A stretch of DNA of 56,738 bases, taken from positions 1 to 56,738 of IMG/VR virus record IMGVR_UViG_3300008952_000057. One strand, 5' to 3'. Of the stretch, positions 47,153 to 55,971 are shown one piece after another. The position numbers were made by a program, and so were the translations under genes. Within the stretch, counting starts at the first letter, position 1. Every line of letters begins with the position of its first letter. This DNA is from a virus (lineage: Duplodnaviria > Caudoviricetes). Below the pieces are notes generated by a model. It was not told the DNA's origin. It did no database searches and saw nothing but the letters and a program-made list of their open reading frames with translations.

Positions 47153-47401
47153 ATGGCTAGGAGAAGAATAATTAACGCAAAGAACACCACAATAGCAGTT
47201 GATTGGAATGATAAAGAAAGATTTAGGAGACATGCAGAGTATGTTAAAAAAACAAAGTCAGGTCAACGTTCAGAAAGTGATTTAGTTTTATTTAAAAAGA
47301 TGGTTGATTTCTATGAAGAACATCATAAGTTACCAGAGAACGCTGAGCCAAAAACAACATACCCAACTAAGGTTTCTCAAGAACATGACCAGCAAGATTA
47401 A
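47153..47401 (+). CDS. RHH-like DNA-binding protein (putative)
   Basis: TTIAV....KERF pattern, with a TTTATATA box upstream. Confidence 0.5.
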   Translation: MARRRIINAKNTTIAVDWNDKERFRRHAEYVKKTKSGQRSESDLVLFKKMVDFYEEHHKLPENAEPKTTYPTKVSQEHDQQD

Positions 47402-47723
47402 AATCTCTGCTGACCCATTTTAATTTTATTCTATCACTCATTTTTTTCATACATTTTTCATATAATGGTATGAGATGTTCTGTTGTTATTCTCCAATCAC
47501 CGTTAATTTGGTTAACAACGAGTTTAGAATCACTGTATATTGTTATAAAATTATCCCTATGCTTGTTGTTTACGTATTGTAACGCATACTCTAACGCAAG
47601 ATATTCTAATTCATTATTAGTTAATTCACCATGTCTATGTTTCACATATGTGACACCATTTGTTTTATCTACTAAACATATTCTTGAACCTCTTGTTCCC
47701 CCATCTATGTAGATCTTTATCAC
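47367..47723 (-). CDS. Ribonuclease H, type I (archaeal-like)
   Basis: IYIDGG, TNNELEYLAL, YSDSKLVVNQING.W and WVSRDFNLA. Confidence 0.9.
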   Translation of the reverse strand: MIKIYIDGGTRGSRICLVDKTNGVTYVKHRHGELTNNELEYLALEYALQYVNNKHRDNFITIYSDSKLVVNQINGDWRITTEHLIPLYEKCMKKMSDRIKLKWVSRDFNLAGHVLEKP

Positions 47724-47857
47724 AATTCTTCTTCTTTTCGTTCTCTATTAAACTTTTTTCTACAGTCATCTGAGCAGTAGATTTTCTGCCTTCCTTTATA
47801 ACGCCATGGTAGTGTAGCCTCACAGACTATACATTTTTTTGGCTCATCTTTCCTCAT
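47720..47857 (-). CDS. 45-aa zinc-finger micro-protein
   Basis: CIVC...KIYCSDDC. Confidence 0.65.
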   Translation of the reverse strand: MRKDEPKKCIVCEATLPWRYKGRQKIYCSDDCRKKFNRERKEEEL

Positions 47858-47889
47858 TAAAATCTATTTATATACTTGGTATTTAAAGG

Positions 47890-49500
47890 TTATTCTTTTC
47901 CAAGAGATGGTTTATACTCATCTAGTATTTTTTTATGGTTTTCTTGACCTAGGTTTTGCCATGATAATCCATGATGTCTAATATCCACACCAGCTCCCAA
48001 TAAAATTTGATGTTGCTCTTTAGGTGATTTACTATCATACCATTTTGCATCTTTAGTTACGTCTTCTTTTTGAACATACTTTATTCCCCATGTGTTAACA
48101 TTTGCTGATGGAACACCTTTTGTTATTGTTTTTGTTGAAGGTTTTATTGCATCATGTTGGAATTCATTTTCTGCATCACTATCTTTTTCATGTGTTTGAC
48201 CTTCATAATCTTCCTCTGCATCAAAGTCTATGTTTGTGTTAACACCAGCATTTGGGTTTCTTCCAGCGTTACCATAGTTTCCATCTTCTACTGAGGATTT
48301 GTCTTGTAACTCATGGTTTTCTGGAGTTACTGTCTTATCTTCATCTTCGTGTTCTTTACCCATTCTTAGAATATTCTGTAATTCTTTAGGAAGTTCTTCC
48401 CATGTCTTTGATAAGAATCTTGGTGATGGAGCATGTGCTTTTTCCAATGCCTCGGTTCTTTCTTCAAGTGACATTTCATTCCATGTTTTATTTAACACTA
48501 TATCTTTAACGTAGAAAGTATCATTAATATGAATATCAATAAAGTCTCCTGATTCTTTAAAAACTGTTACATATGAATTACCCATCTTGGCGACTACTCC
48601 TCTACCTTCTTCACCGTTCTGGTAGTAATGGATTTCATCTCCAATCTTTGTATTTTTTATTTTATTCATATCTGAATTTCTGATTTTTCCTATATAAGTT
48701 TCACTATCATAGACAGCATTGTGAACTTCTACGTTTTCTACTCTAGAATCTCCAGACCCATAACCGTCTTTATATATAAAGGTTTCTCCTTTCTTTTCTG
48801 GAGTATAGTAAGGTACTGACGTGGTTTTTGGTCTAATTTTTGGTTTAGTAAATTTAGGTGATCCCTGTGTAGGTGGTATAACTCTTGCACTTTCACCTGA
48901 ATTTGCTGATAAGTCAGTTGCTGCTGCAACGTTTTGTACTTTTTTTCCACCACCACCTCCTGTAGGTCGTACATAATTACCTGAAACTTCTTCTCTTTCT
49001 CCTACATTTGTTACTGCTTGTGTTCCACCAGTGACTTGGTGATTTTGTAAAGCATGTCCTCTAGCTGACTGGAAACTTTGACCTGTTCCTCTTCCTGTAT
49101 TTGAACCTCTTCTTCCACCTAGTATAGAACCTACTGCTGGTACTTTTTTCGATCCTCTAAAACCTGTACCTAATACATTCTGTGCTTCATTCCTACCTCT
49201 ACTTGGGTTTACCTCTACAGTACTACCAGTATTAAGTTTTCCAGTTGGATTTCCTGTAGAACCTTGCCGTCTTCCCATCATAGGTGGAGCGCTTCCAATT
49301 TTATTAACAATCTCACTAATCACATCTAACTTTTCATGTCCAAATGATCTATATAAATGAGCAACTGTAGTTGCCTCTTGTAAAATCTTCTTACCTTCAG
49401 GTGTTAATTTTGGTACTTTTTTCTCTTCTGGTTTCTTTATTTCATCCTCTATTTCATGTACCTCTTCTTCTATATCCATTGGTTCTGAGACTGATGCCAT
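47890..49500 (-). CDS. Large low-complexity protein, possibly internal head protein
   Basis: 536 aa with a G/R-rich N-half, an SH3-like segment and repeated W..LS.EE-like helices. Downstream of the terminase. Confidence 0.55.
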   Translation of the reverse strand: MASVSEPMDIEEEVHEIEDEIKKPEEKKVPKLTPEGKKILQEATTVAHLYRSFGHEKLDVISEIVNKIGSAPPMMGRRQGSTGNPTGKLNTGSTVEVNPSRGRNEAQNVLGTGFRGSKKVPAVGSILGGRRGSNTGRGTGQSFQSARGHALQNHQVTGGTQAVTNVGEREEVSGNYVRPTGGGGGKKVQNVAAATDLSANSGESARVIPPTQGSPKFTKPKIRPKTTSVPYYTPEKKGETFIYKDGYGSGDSRVENVEVHNAVYDSETYIGKIRNSDMNKIKNTKIGDEIHYYQNGEEGRGVVAKMGNSYVTVFKESGDFIDIHINDTFYVKDIVLNKTWNEMSLEERTEALEKAHAPSPRFLSKTWEELPKELQNILRMGKEHEDEDKTVTPENHELQDKSSVEDGNYGNAGRNPNAGVNTNIDFDAEEDYEGQTHEKDSDAENEFQHDAIKPSTKTITKGVPSANVNTWGIKYVQKEDVTKDAKWYDSKSPKEQHQILLGAGVDIRHHGLSWQNLGQENHKKILDEYKPSLGKE

Positions 49501-49530
49501 AGTTTCCTTATTAGATATATATATTTAAAG

Positions 49531-50913
49531 TTAACCGAACAATGCCTTCTTTAATCCTTTTCCTACCTCTAAAACATGCCAATCATTGCCCTTATATGCA
49601 GCCCTACAAGCTAAAACTAGGCTATCAGGATAGTCATCATGTTCATCTGACTTTATCTTCATAATCCCACTTTCCGTATACTCACGTCTTAGGTATGATA
49701 ATTGATATACCATTTTATTAATATTCTTTAGTTTAATTCTATGGTTCTCAAATAACAGTCTAAGATTCTTATACATCTCTGCCTTCTCCTGTAATGTGAA
49801 CATAACACCTCTACAAGGCATTCCCCTCTGCCTACATAAATCTAACAAACCTCCACCTAAACCAGTTTCATCTATAAAGATAGTTTCAACACCATACTTT
49901 TGTGTTAATTCACCTACTCTACCAGCAACATCAACCACATTAGATTGTGATTCTGCCTCAACTTCTTCAACAAAACATATATCATTTTCGTCCAATGATG
50001 TCACAGTATATACTGTTTCATCTCTACCTGATCTTGCAACATCCACACCAAGATAATATCGTAATCTTCCTTTTGGATTTTGGTTAGTTAATGCTTCCAT
50101 GATTAATGAGTTAGGTATTAATGCATCACCAATGTCTAGGAACTCACCTTCAACTTCTTGAACATATTCTTCTCGTGTTAACTTTTTAATCTCTTCTATA
50201 AATATAGGATCTTTTTGTACAAGTGGGTTATCAGTTGATTTAACATGAAATTCTGTCCACATACCATCAGGGTTTTTTGGTCTTGAGTCTTGACATGCTT
50301 CATAGAAATAACCATTCTTACTAAACGGAGTGGAGGTTAACCAAACTCTAGCTGATGTAGCCATACCAGAAGGTAAGAATGCTCTAAGTATATCAGTCTT
50401 AATAAAAGAACATTCGTCAGCAATAATAACGTGTGGTGAATAACCTCTAAGTCCTACACCACTTTCACCTGTTGCTCTAGTAATGATTTTAGTCTGACCA
50501 GTGTTATCCAAAAATCTAACCCATAATTCTGTTTGTGTGTTTCTTGTTACATATCCCTCAAGTAATTCATTCTTCATAACAAGGTCACGTATTCTTCCAA
50601 ACATGATACTTGCTTGGTTTTGGGTAGGTGCTGCGATTACAATAATACATTCATCTTTAACTGTCTCTAACATTAAAGGAGCAAAAAAAGCAAAATGAAT
50701 AGCTTTCACTGCTGTACTCATGGTTTTACCTACCTGTCTTCCAGACCTATAAACAATAAATCTATCTTTACAGTTTACATAATTTACATTATAATCAAAT
50801 AATTCATGGTCAAGAAAAACCTTACTGAATAATGATGCGTTACCAGCACAATCTGTCACAGTTTGTATGAAATTCTGCCTCTCCTCTAATACTTCTTTTG
50901 ATGGTCTAGCCAT
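49531..50913 (-). CDS. Terminase large subunit
   Basis: RSGRQVGKT, IIADEC, TSTP, LGVDVARSGRDETV, IDETGLG and HDDYPDSL. Start MARPS (TAATG overlap). Confidence 0.95.
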   Translation of the reverse strand: MARPSKEVLEERQNFIQTVTDCAGNASLFSKVFLDHELFDYNVNYVNCKDRFIVYRSGRQVGKTMSTAVKAIHFAFFAPLMLETVKDECIIVIAAPTQNQASIMFGRIRDLVMKNELLEGYVTRNTQTELWVRFLDNTGQTKIITRATGESGVGLRGYSPHVIIADECSFIKTDILRAFLPSGMATSARVWLTSTPFSKNGYFYEACQDSRPKNPDGMWTEFHVKSTDNPLVQKDPIFIEEIKKLTREEYVQEVEGEFLDIGDALIPNSLIMEALTNQNPKGRLRYYLGVDVARSGRDETVYTVTSLDENDICFVEEVEAESQSNVVDVAGRVGELTQKYGVETIFIDETGLGGGLLDLCRQRGMPCRGVMFTLQEKAEMYKNLRLLFENHRIKLKNINKMVYQLSYLRREYTESGIMKIKSDEHDDYPDSLVLACRAAYKGNDWHVLEVGKGLKKALFG

Positions 50914-51011
50914 TAATATTTCCACCTATCATGGCAATGACATTTACAATCTCCTTCTTTTTCATCATTACAACAATCACACCACACACAACATTTCTCT
51001 CTTTTCACCAT
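50913..51011 (-). CDS. 32-aa metallothionein-like micro-protein
   Basis: MVKREKCCVWCDCCNDEKEGDCKCHCHDRWKY, TAATG-coupled on both sides. Confidence 0.65.
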   Translation of the reverse strand: MVKREKCCVWCDCCNDEKEGDCKCHCHDRWKY

Positions 51012-51127
51012 TAGGCTGTCCTCGTATGTTTTGTTTTAATATGATTAACAACTTCTTGAGAGTTTTTAAATCCTTTCTTACCACACCAAATACAATGTCT
51101 TATTTGAATCTCGTCTTTATATATCAA
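51011..51127 (-). CDS. 38-aa C2H2 zinc-finger micro-protein
   Basis: TTG start. CIWCGKKGFKNSQEVVNHIKTKH. Confidence 0.65.
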   Translation of the reverse strand: MIYKDEIQIRHCIWCGKKGFKNSQEVVNHIKTKHTRTA

Positions 51128-51636
51128 TCTGACTTTCTCGCTTTTATTTGTTTGAAGATACTTTCTATGTCACCCTGTTTATTTAGTTTAGTTTCTTCGG
51201 TTAATACTATCTTGCTATTCAATTCATTGATTGATTTAACTATATTTAGTAGGGTGTTTATCTCAGATTTGGTGTTTCTATCAGGTATATTACCATCCAT
51301 CTTAGACTCTGTTAACGCCATCAATACATTCTCAAAGGATAATTTTGCTATCATATCTAACATGGCTTTAACATCATCAGGTTTTCTAGTATCTAAGTCA
51401 TTGATGAATTTAACAAAATCTTCTCTTATAGCACAAATAGCTCCAGCTTCGTATTTTGGACATTTACCATTTCCACCGTCATCTATTGACCTATAAATAC
51501 ATTGGTCACATAATGCTGGTAAGTTAGCAGTTTTCATATGCTTTGCAGAGTTGAATGGTGATATTGTTTTTCTTCCATCGATAACAACTTTACCTCCTCC
51601 TCCTATAGGCTTTATTTTAAATAGGTCTTCTGCCAT
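51124..51636 (-). CDS. Cys-containing helical protein, candidate terminase small subunit
   Basis: First gene of the terminase operon (TATA 23 nt upstream). CDQC...C...C followed by long helices. Confidence 0.45.
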   Translation of the reverse strand: MAEDLFKIKPIGGGGKVVIDGRKTISPFNSAKHMKTANLPALCDQCIYRSIDDGGNGKCPKYEAGAICAIREDFVKFINDLDTRKPDDVKAMLDMIAKLSFENVLMALTESKMDGNIPDRNTKSEINTLLNIVKSINELNSKIVLTEETKLNKQGDIESIFKQIKARKSD

Positions 51637-51653
51637 ATTTGTTTTAATAATTG

Positions 51654-52421
51654 TTAACTTATAAAGTTATCTTCATAACAGTTCATTGCTTTACATAAAG
51701 GCATGAATAAAACTGCAATTGGTAGCTTTAACAAGGAATAATATTCATTTTCTATAACTTTAGATTTATTTACATTTATTTTCTCTATATTATCCTTATA
51801 CATCTCTAACGCATGGTTTAACATTGGTTTCATTGTCTTACCTTTATCTCCAAAGAACATTGAGTATGTTGAATTTGCATTCCATATCTCTGTCTTCTTT
51901 GAAACTGCAGCCGAAATCCATGCACTCGTATCAATACTTTCAAAGATTCTATTACTAATGAATTTACCTTTAGCTAACCCATGGTATTTCACATGTCTAG
52001 GTAGTTTTCTTATCTGATCATCAGTCTCGTCCTTACCATGTATTTCACCTAATGCTATATAATCTCCCTTTGATGGTATTATTCTTCCTATATGTTGTAA
52101 ATAATTTTGTTGCAAGACAGGTATTGTCCAATCAATACCATCCTTTCTCTCCTTCTCATAATATGATAGTGTTTTCTCCAAGTCATATCTAACATCATAC
52201 TGTGTTGCATAATCATAGAGTTTTCTTTTCTCTCTTAGAAACTTATGATAACCATCAGCTTCTGTGTTTGTTCCAGCAACAACAAATACAGATTCAAAGT
52301 CTTTTCGGAATTTATCTATATTAGCATATGAATGCCTATATGAGAGCATGACATTTTTTACACCACATGAGATTAATGCATCTCTAGTTGCTTTATTATT
52401 TGCGTTAAAATATATCTTCAT
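51654..52421 (-). CDS. DpdA/TGT-fold (7-deazaguanine transglycosylase-like) protein
   Basis: Ordered motifs MKIYF, MLSY, QYDV, IPVLQ, YIALG, YHGLA and FESIDTSAW. Confidence 0.7.
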   Translation of the reverse strand: MKIYFNANNKATRDALISCGVKNVMLSYRHSYANIDKFRKDFESVFVVAGTNTEADGYHKFLREKRKLYDYATQYDVRYDLEKTLSYYEKERKDGIDWTIPVLQQNYLQHIGRIIPSKGDYIALGEIHGKDETDDQIRKLPRHVKYHGLAKGKFISNRIFESIDTSAWISAAVSKKTEIWNANSTYSMFFGDKGKTMKPMLNHALEMYKDNIEKINVNKSKVIENEYYSLLKLPIAVLFMPLCKAMNCYEDNFIS

Positions 52422-52651
52422 CTAAGGTCATCTTCACTGATGACCCATCTTAATCCACGTATAAATCCCCTTCTTTCATCATCAGTCATTTCTAAGAATC
52501 TTTTAGGAACTTGAAATTCATCTGGATCTGGGTTTTCATGAAGTAATTCTTCTTTCTGATAAAGTAACATATTTCTTATAGAACCCTCATCAATCAATTT
52601 TATCACTATCCTCCCCAAAACACTTTGTAGCAAACTTACAGAATCCATCAC
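52418..52651 (-). CDS. Hypothetical protein
   Basis: ORF coupled to both neighbours. True start is probably near 52597. Confidence 0.55.
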   Translation of the reverse strand: MMDSVSLLQSVLGRIVIKLIDEGSIRNMLLYQKEELLHENPDPDEFQVPKRFLEMTDDERRGFIRGLRWVISEDDLR

Positions 52652-53351
52652 ACAAAAAACATTTTGTTCTTTCTGGTAATGTTCTATCTGTTAATGATTC
52701 TTTTATTATTTTTGATTTTATGACCATATCTTGTAAAGTCTCTTCTATTGGTTGTAGTTTAAATGATAGTACTACTGGTTTATCTCTTTTCTCCTTTGAG
52801 ATAGTGTTTGATACATATATAACAGCACCATATTTTGCATCTATACCATAGCATTTTTTAAGTAAAACTCTATATCTGTTAATCTGTAGAACATGAGATT
52901 CACTAGGTTGTGATCTTGCTTTACTAAAGTAATCTATTGAACCTGTAGTTTTTTTATCTGTAATAACCCACTCAGTACCTACCTTAACTAAATCATCTAT
53001 ACTACCATATATTATGTCTAAATGTTTTGGGTCGTTTTCAGGTAGATTTTTTGCATCTTTATATGATATTGGTTCATCTGTTACATAATTATATCCTAGA
53101 AACATTTCATGATGTTTCTCATCTGCAACCATTGAAGCATTATGAATAGCCTGACCAATGTAAAGACTCTTAATATCCTCTGTATCTGTTCCTGTGTTTG
53201 GAGTTAATTTACTATACATGACATTTCTTAGACATGGTTTGATAAGGTCTGACACATGTATAACACCTAATCTCTCTGTTTTCATTGCCTCAAGTTGAGC
53301 CTTTCTAAAGTCAAAATATACTTTATTACTAATATCCTCTAATTTTATCAA
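52590..53351 (-). CDS. Cas4-like PD-(D/E)XK exonuclease
   Basis: PCLR, GQAIH, GSIDD, ITDKKT, Q...Y and C-terminal C..C...C......C (Fe-S staple pattern). Confidence 0.85.
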   Translation of the reverse strand: MIKLEDISNKVYFDFRKAQLEAMKTERLGVIHVSDLIKPCLRNVMYSKLTPNTGTDTEDIKSLYIGQAIHNASMVADEKHHEMFLGYNYVTDEPISYKDAKNLPENDPKHLDIIYGSIDDLVKVGTEWVITDKKTTGSIDYFSKARSQPSESHVLQINRYRVLLKKCYGIDAKYGAVIYVSNTISKEKRDKPVVLSFKLQPIEETLQDMVIKSKIIKESLTDRTLPERTKCFLCDGFCKFATKCFGEDSDKID

Positions 53352-53386
53352 TACAAATGATGTAAAAATAGGTAATATAAACGTAC

Positions 53387-53509
53387 CTAATATGTTCCTA
53401 TACTGTTACAGTTACAATCTTTTACTTTGCAACCATGATTATCAGCATGTTCTTTCTGTGAATGCCCACACTCTTTACATGAATTTGCATTTATCACTAT
53501 ATCTGCCAT
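53387..53509 (-). CDS. 40-aa Cys/His-rich micro-protein
   Basis: CKECGHSQKEH...GCKVKDCNC, TAATG-coupled. Confidence 0.65.
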   Translation of the reverse strand: MADIVINANSCKECGHSQKEHADNHGCKVKDCNCNSIGTY

Positions 53510-53862
53510 TAGTAACTCTCCTCTATTATGAAATTAAAAGTTTTTGATTGTTCTGTCATTACATTGGATGAACTCTTTATCTCTACTTCGCCTTCCCAAT
53601 TACCAGCGTTTGTAACTGCTGTATCGGTAGCTGACAAAGTATATGCTATTTCACCACTTGATCTATCAGAGAATGTACATGCACCATTTATGATTAATGT
53701 ACCATCAGGTTTCCAAACTTTCCAAGTTGCACTTCCATATAATGATGTGTCAGTTAATGCTTTTGCGTTTCCATCTGCATCTAAAATATTGATATATATT
53801 GTTGCTCGTGACCCTGCTTTCACTCTATATTCAATTGCTCTTCCTATCATATTTTGACTCAT
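53509..53862 (-). CDS. BppU-like baseplate upper/adaptor protein
   Basis: KPDGT...GEIAYTLSATDT...G.WEGEVEI. Confidence 0.7.
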   Translation of the reverse strand: MSQNMIGRAIEYRVKAGSRATIYINILDADGNAKALTDTSLYGSATWKVWKPDGTLIINGACTFSDRSSGEIAYTLSATDTAVTNAGNWEGEVEIKSSSNVMTEQSKTFNFIIEESY

Positions 53863-55112
53863 CGACTAGCACCTTTAGTTGATTTTCGTCTGTTAAATAG
53901 TTTTGCTCCTCTAACTCTGTTGTATAGGCGTGAACTCTTAACCCTGTTAAATCCTCGTGTACTTCTTGTTGGTGAGATTGTATGAATCCTCTTCTTAAAG
54001 AATGACTCTACAATATTAACAGTTTCATTCACACGAATAATCCAACTTCTTTGTTTGGCTAATGCCTCTGCGATGTTTAATGTTTCTGCTATTGCTCTTA
54101 TTCTTAATCTGAATATGTAAGGAACTTCTGCCAAATTCATGGTTTCAGCTATACGTCTGATTAAAGTTCTCTGTTTTGCCAGTGTTTCTGACACATTAAC
54201 CACAGCGTTTTCAAATCTTGACATTTCTCTTGGACTTCCTGTTGTCTCACTCATACTAATGTTATCATTTCCAAATCTATTATAACCGAATGCCTTATGT
54301 GTAGCTGTTGCAATGTTTACTACGGCATTTTCAAATCTTATTATTAGACTCAATCTTGGAACTACTTCAGATATGTTCATAATCTCCATAGGTGCTGTTC
54401 TTGCAAATCCCATAGCCCTTACTATTCCTTTTCGTACTAAAGTTTGGAACACATTATCTTGGAATGCAGAATTTTGGAAGGCACTCACTGGTTCCAATAA
54501 TTGCATTACTTCATTTATAGCTCTTATTATTCCTTTTAATCTGCCATCAAAGTCAATAATATGCATGTCCTCATTTGCAAATCTAAATCTTGCTCTTAGT
54601 CTTGTAGGAAGATCAGTGACATTCAATGTTTCACCAATTAAAAAGAATCTATCCCTATATGATAACGTACCTGTGATGTTTTGAATCCTTAATGTCTCAT
54701 TAATAAATTTATTAAAACCTAATACTTTATTATGAGCATTGTCAGAATCACTATCAGTTATATTGAAAATTTCTACAATAGATTTTACAGCACCCAATGC
54801 TCTAATAATACCCTTTTTGGCTTCCTGTTGGAATACATTATCTTGGAATGCAGAGTCTTGGAAGGCACTTACAGGTTCTAACACTTGTTGTAGCTCATTG
54901 GAATGTCTAACCAATTCCATTACTTTAACATAACCATCTACATCATCTGCTGGTCTATGCTGAAATACATTTGTTTGAAAAACACTTCTTTGGAATAGGT
55001 TTCTTCTTTGTAATATATTCTCATCTTCATCTACTACAACTGTTCTTATTCCACCCTGAAATACTCCAGCTCCCTGAAATACAGTTTGCTGAAATGTGTT
55101 TTGATATGACAT
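53859..55112 (-). CDS. Repeat-rich putative virion protein
   Basis: FQ...FQ..VFQ repeats, ~20-aa R..NET.NI.E repeats and an Arg-rich C-terminus. Confidence 0.6.
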   Translation of the reverse strand: MSYQNTFQQTVFQGAGVFQGGIRTVVVDEDENILQRRNLFQRSVFQTNVFQHRPADDVDGYVKVMELVRHSNELQQVLEPVSAFQDSAFQDNVFQQEAKKGIIRALGAVKSIVEIFNITDSDSDNAHNKVLGFNKFINETLRIQNITGTLSYRDRFFLIGETLNVTDLPTRLRARFRFANEDMHIIDFDGRLKGIIRAINEVMQLLEPVSAFQNSAFQDNVFQTLVRKGIVRAMGFARTAPMEIMNISEVVPRLSLIIRFENAVVNIATATHKAFGYNRFGNDNISMSETTGSPREMSRFENAVVNVSETLAKQRTLIRRIAETMNLAEVPYIFRLRIRAIAETLNIAEALAKQRSWIIRVNETVNIVESFFKKRIHTISPTRSTRGFNRVKSSRLYNRVRGAKLFNRRKSTKGASR

Positions 55113-55113
55113 G

Positions 55114-55971
55114 TTATACTATCTCTGTCCATGCTGAACCTGACCAAATGTAATGTTTTCCAGTGTCAGTTTCCTCAAAGATTGAGTTGGCTTGCAGGTT
55201 TGGATCTGCCTTGTAAATTGTAGATATTTCGCTGGTTGTTAATAACCTATCCCATAATGATACCTCATCAAGTAAACCATGAGCAAATTTATCAGCTGCG
55301 TTTCCTCTACACATGGCTTTTAATGAATATTCAGTATCACCAGTCGATCCAGTTGTTGCTCTGTTACCTGTTCCCTGTGCAGTTCCGTTAACATAAACAG
55401 TATAATTTGCAGAACTTAATGAATAATCACATGTTACTGTAATCATATACCACGTTCCTGTTGATAATGTCTGATTATATGCCAAGTTACCATTATGCAT
55501 CCATCCACTTCCAGACTTTAACGCCAATCCTAGCGAAGTAGTAGATTGATACATGTTAATACCTTTTGTCTCTGTGCTGTCCATATTGCTAAAATATCTA
55601 TCTTCAGATGTGAATGATGTATGATTAACCCAAAAATTAATTGTCCAATCTCCTGTGCCATGTATAAAATTCCATTGTGATGTTGATGATCCTAATTCTC
55701 CATAATCATCAGATCCGTCAAACGATAACGCATTTCCTACCTTTCCTGTCTGCGAATATGTTGCACCTGATATGGTAATGTCTGCTGCACTTCCCAAACC
55801 GTCGCCTGTTGTCTGCTGGTTTGTTATGTTTCCAGACGATTCGTTGAAGTTGTAATACGCCTTTAGATTTGATGTTGAAACGCCTGTATTTGACAGTGCC
55901 TTTGTTGGAGAAAGTGCCGTCCTCTCTGCACTCGTTCCAACAATGCGTTTACTTGCTTTGTAATCTGTCAT
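55114..55971 (-). CDS. LamG-domain receptor-binding/fibre protein
   Basis: LKAYYNFNE...ALSFDGSDDY...WYMITVT...VYVNG...LDEVSLWDRLLT. Start likely MTDYK (ATGA overlap). Confidence 0.8.
   Translation of the reverse strand: MTDYKASKRIVGTSAERTALSPTKALSNTGVSTSNLKAYYNFNESSGNITNQQTTGDGLGSAADITISGATYSQTGKVGNALSFDGSDDYGELGSSTSQWNFIHGTGDWTINFWVNHTSFTSEDRYFSNMDSTETKGINMYQSTTSLGLALKSGSGWMHNGNLAYNQTLSTGTWYMITVTCDYSLSSANYTVYVNGTAQGTGNRATTGSTGDTEYSLKAMCRGNAADKFAHGLLDEVSLWDRLLTTSEISTIYKADPNLQANSIFEETDTGKHYIWSGSAWTEIV

Noticed and set aside
52590-53351. CRISPR-Cas system
   Set aside because: Solo Cas4-like nuclease with no cas1/cas2 or array. Stand-alone Cas4-like genes are common in archaeal viruses.
54446-54879. 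Diversity-generating retroelement TR/VR pair
   Set aside because: Both copies are in frame within one gene, mismatches are not adenine-specific, and no reverse transcriptase is present.
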